DNA from: Acidimicrobiales bacterium
GTDB lineage: Bacteria; Actinomycetota; Acidimicrobiia; Acidimicrobiales; JAHWLA01
NCBI GenBank assembly: GCA_035536915.1
Contig: DATLNE010000032.1
Coordinates: 3,752 to 67,751, forward strand
DNA: 64,000 nucleotides
Reading direction: 5' to 3'
Below the pieces are notes generated by a model, which saw only the letters and a program-made list of their open reading frames with translations, was not told the DNA's origin and ran no database searches. Of this stretch, positions 37,410-46,375 are shown one piece after another. The number at the start of each line of letters is the position of its first letter. Positions within the stretch are counted from its first letter, which is position 1. Position numbers and translations under genes: made by a program.

Positions 37410-38295
37410 GGACGCCCGTTAGGACGAGGGTGGCCCACACACCGCCGGCGACGAGGAGCGTGCGGTCGCGCAGGAGCAGTTCCTCGGGCGCGGCGCCGCC
37501 GCCCCGCTCAAGCAGAAGGGCATAGCGCAGGATGGCCACCACGAAGGGGAGGACCGATGCCTCGAACCACACGCCGTTGGTCGCGGCCGCCGACTTCTCG
37601 AACGCCCACAGGCAGTACGACAGCAGGGTGACGCCCGCCGCTGTGGAGCGCACGAAGACGAGGAACGTGACCGGGTAGCTGCCGAGGATCGGCCGCACGG
37701 CGTCGGCATCGACGCCGAGCGCCAACTGTTCTGACGACCGCTTGCCCGCTACGACGAACAACGAGCCGAAGCAGGCGACGATGAAGAACCATCGGGAGAC
37801 AGGCACCCCGACGGCGACTGCCCCGGCGATCGCCCGCAGCACGAACCCCGACGCGACGGCGACCAAGTCGAGCACGTCCATGTGCTTGAGCCACACCGTG
37901 TAAGCGGTGGTCAGCAGCAAGTAGGCGGCGACCACGGCGCCGAATTTCAGGCCGAGCACGCCGGCGCCCACGGCGAGTGCGGACACGACGAGCACCACGC
38001 CGACGACGCGGGCTGTGCGGACCGAAACGACACCCGCTGCTATCGGCCGCGCCCGCTTGACCGGGTGCATGCGGTCGCGATCGACGTCGGCCGCGTCGTT
38101 GAGCAGGTAGGTGGCGCCCGCGGCCATCGACAACACCACGAACGCGACCAAAGCCCGGGCTGCATCACCGGGTGTGTCGAGCACGCCTGCGGCGGCCGGA
38201 GCGGCCAGCACAAGTGCGTTCTTGGTCCACTGGCGAGGGCGGAGGGCGCGCAGGAGGCCGGTGGCGAGCGAAGGTCGTGCCACGCTCAAGGTCAC
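37399..38295 (-). CDS. Polyprenyl-phosphate phosphoribosyltransferase (UbiA/Rv3806c-like)
   Basis: RPRQWTKN, YLLNDAAD...DR.HPVKRARPIAAG, WLKH, GFVLRAIAG, GKR, PEE. Confidence 0.9.
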   Translation of the reverse strand: MTLSVARPSLATGLLRALRPRQWTKNALVLAAPAAAGVLDTPGDAARALVAFVVLSMAAGATYLLNDAADVDRDRMHPVKRARPIAAGVVSVRTARVVGVVLVVSALAVGAGVLGLKFGAVVAAYLLLTTAYTVWLKHMDVLDLVAVASGFVLRAIAGAVAVGVPVSRWFFIVACFGSLFVVAGKRSSEQLALGVDADAVRPILGSYPVTFLVFVRSTAAGVTLLSYCLWAFEKSAAATNGVWFEASVLPFVVAILRYALLLERGGGAAPEELLLRDRTLLVAGGVWATLVLTGVHAG

Positions 38296-38939
38296 CGCCC
38301 GCCGCCGGCCGGGAGTTCGGGGATTGCCCGCTTCGTCACTCGCTGGGCGATGTCGGCGGCCGCCAGTAGCTCCCTGTCGCCGGCGGAGTCGCCGTAAACC
38401 CAGAGTCGCCCCTGTTCACGGGAGCCCAGCCAGGCGCGGAGGCGGTCGAGCTTCTCGGCGCCTCGACAGTTGCGCCCGTCGATGCTCCCCGTGAAGCGGC
38501 CGTCCCCGATCACCAGTTCCGTCGCCATGACGCCGTCGACACCGAGCGCAGCGCCCACCGGACGAACGTAGACACCGGGCGAGGCCGACACGATCACCGT
38601 GCGGTGGCCGGCCGACTGGTGCCATCGCAACCGGGCGAGGACGTCAGGCCGCAGCCGCCCTACCAACGCGGCCGAGAACCGCCGCGCCGCCTCCTCGACA
38701 TCGGCCACCGCGCGCCCGCCGACGAGGTCCGTCAACAAGCGGCGCTTGGCCTCTCCGCGGTCGCTCATCCCCGCCATGGCGGCGGCGATGCGGGGCCCCC
38801 GGCGCACGAGGGCGCCGACCAGCGCCCTCCGGCCTGCGACCAAGGCCAGGAACGGGAGCAGCGAATCCCCCGGTAGCAACGTGCCGTCGAAGTCGAAGAC
38901 CGCGGTGTCGGTCATCGCTGCGGTTGGGGCCTCATGCAT
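38292..38939 (-). CDS. HAD-IB family phosphatase
   Basis: FDFDGTL, IVSAS, NCRGAEK, YGDSAGD. Confidence 0.9.
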   Translation of the reverse strand: MHEAPTAAMTDTAVFDFDGTLLPGDSLLPFLALVAGRRALVGALVRRGPRIAAAMAGMSDRGEAKRRLLTDLVGGRAVADVEEAARRFSAALVGRLRPDVLARLRWHQSAGHRTVIVSASPGVYVRPVGAALGVDGVMATELVIGDGRFTGSIDGRNCRGAEKLDRLRAWLGSREQGRLWVYGDSAGDRELLAAADIAQRVTKRAIPELPAGGGR

Positions 38940-41349
38940 CGAGGCTTCGAAGGTAGACGCGCCGAGCGTGCTCGAGCCGCTTTTGGACGTTGCCGTCGGT
39001 GGGGTCGACCATCGCTGCGGCTACTAGCAACTCGTACGCAGCGGCCGAGTCCCCACCCTCCGCCGCTGCACGCAGGACGCGGGCGAAGCGGTGCTCTGCC
39101 TGGGTGATCGGCAGGCGGCGGCGCAGGTCGGCGGCCACCCGCACGGCGTCGAGCAACTCGGCCCTGTCCTTCGAGCGCCAGCCCGTCTCGGCGGCGGCGA
39201 ACGCAGCACCTGCCGCTGCGGCGCGGGCCCTGTCGACCTCGGCCTTCGCTGCCGCGTCGGACCCCGCCGCGAAGGAGCCGAGCCGCAGTAGCCGGGACGC
39301 CTCCGCCATGTCGGCCCGGCGGGCAGCTGCCACTGCACGGTCAGCTCTGTCGGCCGCTTCAGCCGAGGCCTGCGGGCGACCGACCTGCAAGTGCCTGCGG
39401 GCAACCATCCGACCGGGCGCGCCGACCTCCGCGCGGAACAGGATTTCAACGGTGTAGGCGCCCCGGAGCACCGGCGCAGGTAGCACCACGTGGGTGCGCA
39501 AGGCCTCGCCGGGCGAGGTCCGCGACATCGGGAACCAGGGGTACCCAACGGTCCCCGCCTCGTGCCGCACCGCTACCCCTGCGGCATCGATAATCGACAC
39601 GTCGTACGTCGCCTTGTCGGAGGGAACGGTGCCGTGTCCCCAATACAGGTCGAGGGCGTACTCCTCATCGGGCCCGGCCGAGTCGGCACCCGACCAGCCC
39701 ACCAACGGCGAGCGGGCGACAACGCCGGGGTCCGATGACACGTCGAGGCTGGGCGAGACGATCACGTCGCGACGCACGAACTGCGCGTGGGACTCGCTCG
39801 GCAGACGCACGTAGTCCTGTTGCACCGAGCTCATCTCGGGGATGCCGGTAAGGCTGGTCCAGGGCTCATGTGTCGAGACCAGTTCCGACCGACGCTCCAC
39901 GAAGAAGTACTGCTCGAGGATGGCGCGGTCCCAATGGCTGCGAGCTACATGCAGGTCGGCCAGCCCGAGTGAGTCGACTATCCGCATGCGCCCGAGGTAC
40001 GTGGAGCCGCCGACATCAGGCAGTACGTAGAAGGGGTCATCGAGCCCGAACGTCCGTGCGACCTCTCGCAGCGGGGCGTAGCTCTCGTTGGCAAAACGCA
40101 TCGGTAGGAAGTGCGGGTAGTCATGTCCGACGTGGTCGCTGGTGACGCGTAGGTTCTCGGCCGCGAACAGTACGAGGGCGAGGAGGGGCAGCGTCGCCAG
40201 GCCTGCTGCCGCCGGGTAGAGCGACGTGGTCCGAAAACCTCGTGCCCACGCCAGCAGGGCATCGATCCCCAGCACGGCCAGTACGACGAGCAGCGTGGGG
40301 AAGGCGAACATGAAGCGGAGCTGGGGCATCCAGTCGGGCGAGTACAGCGGGAGCACGAGCGACACCACAGCGAGGACGACGACGACGACGGCTCGCGAAC
40401 GGGCCGCCACCACCGCCCCGACGACAGCGGCGGGCAGGATGAACAGGCCACCGTGGCTGCGGAAGAGCTCGGTGGCATACCACCAGCCTTCCGACCCGAA
40501 GTCGACCAGGTTGCCGAAGTCGCCCTTCATCGTCGGCGTGACGGACTTGGCGATCACGGTGCTGGGAACAAGCTCGTGGTAGGTCGAGTAGTGCCACAGG
40601 TGGTAGGCGCCGACGCCGAACAACAAGACAAGCGACCACATGACGAGGTCGCTGATGCCTCGTCGCAGGTCGTGGCGACGCCGCCAGAGCGAGAACAGCT
40701 TGCACAACCCGACGGCGCCGCCGTACATGAACCCTTCAGGTCGCGTCATGGCCACCAACACCAGGAGAGCGGCCGAACCGGGCAGCGGTTGGCGTCCTTC
40801 CTCGAGGGCCGCCTCCTCCCGCACGAACAGGAGCGCAGAGGCGGAGACGAGAAAGACGTACAGGCCGTTCTCCAAGCCCGCGGCCGCCCACATCGCGGTC
40901 GGGGCGACAAGGCCCGACGCCACCACGCCCCAGACAACCCGCCGGTCGCGGGCAAGGTGCCATACCAACCGGTGAACCACGAACACGGTGCCCACGCCAA
41001 AGGCAAGGCCCAGCGCCTTCGACGCCGTCTCCATCGTCGTGAGCGCCCCCAACGGCGCCATGGCGACCAGCCACAAGAAGTTCGAATAGCCCTCAGCCTT
41101 GGGCGCGTTCTCGAATATGTGGCCGAGGCCGTGGCCGTCGGCGAACGTTCGGGCGTAGGAATAGGTAATGCCCGCGTCCTCCACGGTGAGGCCGAAATGC
41201 ACGAGCACGTGGACAGCAGCGGCAAGCACGGCAACCGTGAGCGACACGCGCATCAGGCGCCGGGACTGCCGGAGGGACAGCCGTGCCGGCTTTGCATCGG
41301 GATGCACCGCCGGATCCGCCGCGAGTGCGTATGGACCGCGTGAGTACAT
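38932..41349 (-). CDS. GT-C type membrane glycosyltransferase (AftB-like) with large C-terminal extracytoplasmic region
   Basis: EDAGITYSYA...GHGL...EGYSNFLW, GLEN, TRPEG, DWMP..RF, DSLGLAD; many TM segments. Confidence 0.78.
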   Translation of the reverse strand: MYSRGPYALAADPAVHPDAKPARLSLRQSRRLMRVSLTVAVLAAAVHVLVHFGLTVEDAGITYSYARTFADGHGLGHIFENAPKAEGYSNFLWLVAMAPLGALTTMETASKALGLAFGVGTVFVVHRLVWHLARDRRVVWGVVASGLVAPTAMWAAAGLENGLYVFLVSASALLFVREEAALEEGRQPLPGSAALLVLVAMTRPEGFMYGGAVGLCKLFSLWRRRHDLRRGISDLVMWSLVLLFGVGAYHLWHYSTYHELVPSTVIAKSVTPTMKGDFGNLVDFGSEGWWYATELFRSHGGLFILPAAVVGAVVAARSRAVVVVVLAVVSLVLPLYSPDWMPQLRFMFAFPTLLVVLAVLGIDALLAWARGFRTTSLYPAAAGLATLPLLALVLFAAENLRVTSDHVGHDYPHFLPMRFANESYAPLREVARTFGLDDPFYVLPDVGGSTYLGRMRIVDSLGLADLHVARSHWDRAILEQYFFVERRSELVSTHEPWTSLTGIPEMSSVQQDYVRLPSESHAQFVRRDVIVSPSLDVSSDPGVVARSPLVGWSGADSAGPDEEYALDLYWGHGTVPSDKATYDVSIIDAAGVAVRHEAGTVGYPWFPMSRTSPGEALRTHVVLPAPVLRGAYTVEILFRAEVGAPGRMVARRHLQVGRPQASAEAADRADRAVAAARRADMAEASRLLRLGSFAAGSDAAAKAEVDRARAAAAGAAFAAAETGWRSKDRAELLDAVRVAADLRRRLPITQAEHRFARVLRAAAEGGDSAAAYELLVAAAMVDPTDGNVQKRLEHARRVYLRSLDA

Positions 41350-41515
41350 GAGGCTGGGGGATCACCGTTCGGGGGGGATGACGTCGGGCAGAGCTGCCCG
41401 ACGGCGACATTCCAGCACGATCGGTCGGGCACCTGCCTCTTTGCCCGTACGGCCTACGAACGACGAGAACGGGTTGTTCGTCGGCGAGTCGGGCCGCCCA
41501 CATATCGTGGCGACT

Positions 41516-41926
41516 ATGGAGGTCCTGCGGGTGACCAAGTCGTGCGCCATCCCGCTCGACGAGCTCACGTGGAAGTTCACCGGCAGCGGTGGCCCGGGGG
41601 GCCAGCACGCCAACACCTCCAACACCCGGGCGGAGGTGCGCTTCGACGTGGAGGGTTCGCCGTCGCTCGGGCCGCGTCAGCGGGCCCGGCTGTTACAGCG
41701 GCTGGGGCCGACAGTGCGGGTGGCGGCGTCCGACGAGCGCTCGCAGGCCCGCAACCGCCAGTTGGCGTTGGAGCGACTGCGCAGCCGGCTGGCCGATGCG
41801 CTGAAGGTGGAGCGGGAGCGGCGGCCGACGGCGCCCACCCGGGCCAGCAAGGTGCGGCGGGTCGACGCCAAGCGCCGCCGCAGCGACGTCAAACGCTTGC
41901 GAGGCCGTCCCGCGCCGGACGAATAG
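41516..41926 (+). CDS. arfB: Alternative ribosome rescue peptidyl-tRNA hydrolase
   Basis: SGGPGGQHAN, RSQARNR, basic C-terminal tail; ATG 41516. Confidence 0.95.
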   Translation: MEVLRVTKSCAIPLDELTWKFTGSGGPGGQHANTSNTRAEVRFDVEGSPSLGPRQRARLLQRLGPTVRVAASDERSQARNRQLALERLRSRLADALKVERERRPTAPTRASKVRRVDAKRRRSDVKRLRGRPAPDE

Positions 41927-42599
41927 CGGCCACGCCCGCGGGGGCGAAGCGGTAGCCGACGCCGCGGACCGTCTCGATCCAGCGGTCGCCGATCTTCTGG
42001 CGCAGCCGTCGCACGTGTTCGGCCACGGTGTGCTTGTCCTGCCAGTCCACCGACGAGCCCCACACCCGCTCGAGCAGCTCACCGATGGTCAGCGCCCGGT
42101 TGGGATGGGTGGCCAGGAAGGCCAGCAGTTCGAACTCCCGGCGGGGCAGTTCCACGACTTCACCGTCGACGAGCACCCGTCGAGCGGCAATCTCGATCTG
42201 CAGGCCCTCGGCCCCCACCACGGCAGGCACCTCGGTGCGAACAGTCCGGCGGAGCACGGAGCGCACCCGGGCCACGAGCTCGGCCACCGAGAACGGCTTT
42301 CCCAGGTAGTCGTCGGCGCCCATGTCGAGGCCGTGGATGCGGGCGCTCTCGCCTTGGTCGGCGGTGAGCATGATGACGGGGAGCTCGCCCCGCCTGCGGA
42401 TCTCCGTCAGTACGTCCCACCCGCCCAGCTTCGGCATCACGACGTCGAGAACCACCAGGTCAGGCTCCTCATCGAGCCGCTGGATGGCTTCTTCACCGTC
42501 GCCTGCTTCGAGGACCTCGTACCCCTCCGCCGTCAGGCCGCGTGCGACCAGGAAGCGAATGGACGGCTCGTCGTCGACCAGGAGGATCTTGTGCCCCAC
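41889..42599 (-). CDS. OmpR/PhoB family response regulator
   Basis: VDDE, LDVVMP, GADDYLGKPF, EFELL, HVRRLRQK, TVRGVGY. Confidence 0.93.
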   Translation of the reverse strand: MGHKILLVDDEPSIRFLVARGLTAEGYEVLEAGDGEEAIQRLDEEPDLVVLDVVMPKLGGWDVLTEIRRRGELPVIMLTADQGESARIHGLDMGADDYLGKPFSVAELVARVRSVLRRTVRTEVPAVVGAEGLQIEIAARRVLVDGEVVELPRREFELLAFLATHPNRALTIGELLERVWGSSVDWQDKHTVAEHVRRLRQKIGDRWIETVRGVGYRFAPAGVAAIRPARDGLASV

Positions 42600-42606
42600 C
42601 CCGTGT

Positions 42607-43506
42607 CTATCGGCCGCTACCCACCGAAAATGGAGCGAATCGGCTGCGAAACCTGTGCACCAGCACAGCGGCCACGCCGAGCAGGGCGAGCACAGCGGCG
42701 GCGGCGAGGGCGCCTACGGGGCTGCCGTCGGGCGAAGCGGGGACGCCCAGGGGGGCGGCGGCCAGCAGCTCAGGCCCGGCAGTCGGCTCCGGCACCTCGA
42801 CCACGGGAGGGGCGGTCGGGGTGCTCGGTGCCGCTGCGGGGGCGGGGGCTGCGGAAGGGGCGGGGGCGGCGGCAGGCGCCTTGGCGGCGGCAGTGCCACG
42901 GGTCTTTTCAGCCCGAGGAGCGGCGGCCGTCGCCCGGGCGACGGGCTGGACGAAGTTCTGGGTGACGTAGAGCGAGCCCGTGCTGCTGCGGTAGACGCCC
43001 AGGCCGACCACGGTGAAGCGGGCGTCGAGCAGGTTGGCCCGGTGGCCGGGGCTGTTCATCAGGCGCCGGTGGGCGTCGTCGATGTCGGTGTTGCGGGCCA
43101 CGTTCTCACCGAGCAGGGCGGCGTCGAGCTTCCGCTTGGTCGACTCGGTGAAGTAGGCGTCGTTGTGCCAGATGGTGCCCGCCGCCGCCATGGCCTTGCT
43201 GTGGTCCCGGGAGATGGCGCTGACGTCGCCCCGCTGGCTGAACTGCGGGAGGCCCCGGCTGCGGCGCTCGTTGTTCATCAGCACCAGGAGGCGGCTGACG
43301 GCCTCGGGCGCGTGGCCCGGCTGCGCCGACGGCTGGTTCGGCTGCGGCTGGGGCTCGGGCTGGGGCTGGGGCTCGGGCTGCGGTGCGGGCTGCTCGCACT
43401 CGTTGAGCGTCTTGTTGGTGAGGGTGCACTCCTCGGCGAGGGCCGGGGAAATAGCTAGACACATCCCGAAGGCGAGGGCGGCGGCGGTGACGATTCGGGC
43501 GGGCAT
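42607..43506 (-). CDS. CAP (SCP) domain surface protein
   Basis: Signal peptide, PQPE repeats, NNERR, HSKAM, GENVA, MNSPGHRANLL, Pro/Ala linker, C-terminal TM. Confidence 0.88.
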   Translation of the reverse strand: MPARIVTAAALAFGMCLAISPALAEECTLTNKTLNECEQPAPQPEPQPQPEPQPQPNQPSAQPGHAPEAVSRLLVLMNNERRSRGLPQFSQRGDVSAISRDHSKAMAAAGTIWHNDAYFTESTKRKLDAALLGENVARNTDIDDAHRRLMNSPGHRANLLDARFTVVGLGVYRSSTGSLYVTQNFVQPVARATAAAPRAEKTRGTAAAKAPAAAPAPSAAPAPAAAPSTPTAPPVVEVPEPTAGPELLAAAPLGVPASPDGSPVGALAAAAVLALLGVAAVLVHRFRSRFAPFSVGSGR

Positions 43507-43575
43507 GTCCCAATAACTCGTACCGATGGGCGTTTGGGTTCAGGCAACGTTCGATCAACGAATAGCCCGAACTGA

Positions 43576-44514
43576 CTAGGCACTCCTCAACGCCGTGCGC
43601 GTGGCCACCACATCGGCGTCGATCTGGCGGACCAAGGCGTCGACCGAATCGAAGCGCTCCTCCCCCCGCAACCGGGCTACGAACTGCACGGCGGCGTGCT
43701 CGCCGTAGAGGTCGCCGTCGAAGTCGAGCAGGTACGCCTCCAGCAGCGACGACTCGGCGTGCTCGTAGAACGTGGGGCGGCGGCCCAGCGACAGGGCGGC
43801 CATGTGGGTGGTGCCGTCAGGGCGCCGGCACCAGCCCGCGTAGATGCCGTCGGCGGGCAGGAGGATCTCGGCGGGCACCTCGACGTTGGCGGTGGGGAAC
43901 CCCAGCTCGCGGCCCCGGGCGTCGCCACGGGCCACGGTGCCCCGCACCTCGTGGGGGCGGCCGAGCAGGGTCGCCGCGGTGGCGACGTCGCCCTGCTGGA
44001 GCAGGCCCCGGATGCGGGTCGACGAGTAGGCCTCGCTGTCGTCGCGCACGAGGCGGAGGCCGAGGACGTCGAAGCCCAGCTCGCCGCCCATCTGGGTGAG
44101 GAGGGCGACGTTGCCCCGCCTGCCGTGGCCGAAGTGGAAGTCGTGCCCCACGACGACGGCCTTGGCGTTGAGGCAGCCGACCAGGACCTCGTGCACGAAC
44201 TCCTCGGCCGACTCGTGGCTGCGCTCGTCGTCGAAGTGGACGACCAGCGTGTAGTCGACTCCCACCTCGGCCAACAGTTCGAGCTTCTGGTCGAGGTCGG
44301 TGAGCAGCTTGGGGGCCGACTCGGGGCGCACGACCATGGCGGGATGGCGGTCGAAGGTGACCACTGCGGTGTCGCAGCCCAGGCGATCGGCCCGCTGGCG
44401 GGCCTCGGCGATCAGCGCCCGGTGGCCCAGGTGGACGCCGTCGTAGGCGCCGATGGTGACGACGGTGCCCCGCGGCGGTCTCGGGCAAGCAGCCAGGTCG
44501 CGGAGCACCTCCAT
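43576..44514 (-). CDS. ribF: Riboflavin kinase/FAD synthetase
   Basis: GAYDGVHLGH, GHDFHFG, SSTRIR, GRELGFPTAN. Confidence 0.97.
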   Translation of the reverse strand: MEVLRDLAACPRPPRGTVVTIGAYDGVHLGHRALIAEARQRADRLGCDTAVVTFDRHPAMVVRPESAPKLLTDLDQKLELLAEVGVDYTLVVHFDDERSHESAEEFVHEVLVGCLNAKAVVVGHDFHFGHGRRGNVALLTQMGGELGFDVLGLRLVRDDSEAYSSTRIRGLLQQGDVATAATLLGRPHEVRGTVARGDARGRELGFPTANVEVPAEILLPADGIYAGWCRRPDGTTHMAALSLGRRPTFYEHAESSLLEAYLLDFDGDLYGEHAAVQFVARLRGEERFDSVDALVRQIDADVVATRTALRSA

Positions 44515-44529
44515 CGCCGGCCGAGGCTA

Positions 44530-44578
44530 CGTCCCGAGTACATAGGGTGCGGAATCCGCACCCTATGTACTCGGGACG
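44530..44578. repeat. Perfect 49-bp palindrome (24+1+24)
   Basis: CGTCCCGAGTACATAGGGTGCGGA-A-TCCGCACCCTATGTACTCGGGACG, containing the truB stop. Confidence 0.85.
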
Positions 44579-45408
44579 ACGACGGCGGTGCGGCCGGCTT
44601 CGGCGATGGCGACGAGGTCGCCGTCGCCGTCGAGCACGCGCACGGTCTCCTCGGGGAGCTCCACTCGCTTGCCGTGGCGGATGTCGACCACCTGCTCGGC
44701 GGTCAGCACCACGGACGGGTAGTCGCGCAACGCTTCCGCGGGCGAGAGCACGGGCAACTCGGTATCGAGCCAAGCGGCCTCGGCCACCGTGAACGAGCCG
44801 ATGGCGGTGCGGCGCAGGTTGCGCAGGTGCGCTCCCCCGCCCAGCGCCTCGCCCAAGTCGGCCGCCAGCGTGCGGATGTAGGTGCCCGACGAGCAGTCGA
44901 CCTCGATGCGGTACACCAGCGGGTCGTCGGTGGGCGCAGTGTCGAACCGCGACACGTGCACTGGCCGCGCCGCCCGCTCGACCTCCTCCCCCGCCCGGGC
45001 CAGTTCGTGCAGCCGCTTCCCGCCGATCTTCACGGCCGACACCATGGGCGGCACCTGCTCGATGTCGCCTACGAACCGCACAGCGGCCGCCGCCACCTCG
45101 TCGGCCGTCACCGACATGTCGAACGACGCCAGCACCTCGCCGGACGAGTCGAGCGTGGAGGTGGCCGTGCCCAGGACCACCTCGCCCACGTACGACTTGG
45201 GCAGGGCGGTCAGGAAGCGCAGCAGCCGGGTGACCCGGCCCAGCCCCACCAGCAGCACGCCGGTGGCGTCGGGGTCGAGGGTGCCGGAATGGCCGATCTT
45301 CTTCTGGCCGAAGATGCCGCGGCACTTGGCCACCACGTCGTGCGACGTCCAGCCCGCCGCCTTGTCGACGACGACTAAGCCGTCGACAACTGCAGAGCCG
45401 TCAACCAC
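44563..45408 (-). CDS. truB: tRNA pseudouridine(55) synthase
   Basis: TSHDVV, GHSGTLDPDATG, PPMVSAVK, CSSGTYIR. Confidence 0.96.
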   Translation of the reverse strand: MVDGSAVVDGLVVVDKAAGWTSHDVVAKCRGIFGQKKIGHSGTLDPDATGVLLVGLGRVTRLLRFLTALPKSYVGEVVLGTATSTLDSSGEVLASFDMSVTADEVAAAAVRFVGDIEQVPPMVSAVKIGGKRLHELARAGEEVERAARPVHVSRFDTAPTDDPLVYRIEVDCSSGTYIRTLAADLGEALGGGAHLRNLRRTAIGSFTVAEAAWLDTELPVLSPAEALRDYPSVVLTAEQVVDIRHGKRVELPEETVRVLDGDGDLVAIAEAGRTAVVVPST

Positions 45409-46375
45409 GCAACTGGCGCAGGACCGCCTTGATGTTGCCCAGTACGTCGACCACGGGATAGGGGGCCACGAAGCCCGCGGCGAAGCGGTGCCCGCCCCCG
45501 CCGAAGCGGGCCGCCACCGCAGAGACGTCGATGTCGTCGGACACCGAGCGCAGCGACACCCGGATGCCCTCGTCGGTCTCCTTGCACACGCAGGCCACAT
45601 CGGCTTCGGCCGTGCGCCGCACCAGGTCGATGAGCCCCTCGGTCTCTTCGATGTCGACGTCGAAGCCGTCGAGGTCGAAGTTGGTGACCCACGTGGCCAC
45701 GAAGCTCAGCTCGCGGTCGAGCTCGGCCCGAGCCAGGCACGCTCCCACCATCTGCAGGTAGGCGAAACGGTGCTCCTCGAACAACTGGCGGGTCATCGAC
45801 TCGATGGGCAGGTCGAAGGCCGCCAACTCCTCGGCCAGGTGGAACACCTCGGGCGTGGTGTTGGCGTACTGGAACCGCCCGGTGTCGGTGACCAGCCCGG
45901 TGTAGAGGCAGATGGCGGCGTCTCGGGTCAGGCACCAGTCGAGGCGGCGGGCCAACTCGCGCACCAGCACGGCGGTGGCGGCGGCCGACGTGTCGATCAC
46001 GTTGATGGTGCCGTAGCGGTCGTTGGAGGCATGGTGGTCGACCACCACCAGCTCCCGGGCCGCCGAGGCGGGACGGGCCAGCTCGCACAGCCGGTCGAGC
46101 GACCCGCAGTCGAAGGTCAGCATGACCTCGGGTGCCGCCGGAAAGTCCTCCGGCTTCACCGCCAGGTCGAGCCCCGGCATGTAGCGATAGTGAGGCGCCA
46201 CCACGAAGGGGGCGGGCCACGACGCCACCGAGGGCTTTCCGTAGGCGAGGCACAGGTGGTGCAACGCCAGCATGGAGCCGAGGGCATCGCCGTCGGGCCC
46301 TACATGGCACGCCAGCGCCAGCGAGTCGGCGCCTCGGATCACGTCCGCCGCCTGGTCCAGCTCAGTTCCCAGCAT
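45401..46375 (-). CDS. nrnA: DHH family nano-RNase/pAp phosphatase
   Basis: HVGPDGDALGS, DHH, TDTGRF, SLRS, GGGGHRFAAG. Confidence 0.9.
   Translation of the reverse strand: MLGTELDQAADVIRGADSLALACHVGPDGDALGSMLALHHLCLAYGKPSVASWPAPFVVAPHYRYMPGLDLAVKPEDFPAAPEVMLTFDCGSLDRLCELARPASAARELVVVDHHASNDRYGTINVIDTSAAATAVLVRELARRLDWCLTRDAAICLYTGLVTDTGRFQYANTTPEVFHLAEELAAFDLPIESMTRQLFEEHRFAYLQMVGACLARAELDRELSFVATWVTNFDLDGFDVDIEETEGLIDLVRRTAEADVACVCKETDEGIRVSLRSVSDDIDVSAVAARFGGGGHRFAAGFVAPYPVVDVLGNIKAVLRQLRG

Noticed and set aside
41467..41479. GAAC-GGGTT-GTTC upstream of arfB, resembling the recA SOS box
   Set aside because: The spacer is 5 nt rather than 4, so it does not fit the LexA consensus
43325..43390. 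Tandem GGCTGG/GGCTCG hexamers
   Set aside because: Coding PQPE linker of the CAP protein
45375..45408. VVDGSA-VVDGLV near-duplication at the truB N-terminus
   Set aside because: Too short to interpret; at most a local duplication at the gene overlap
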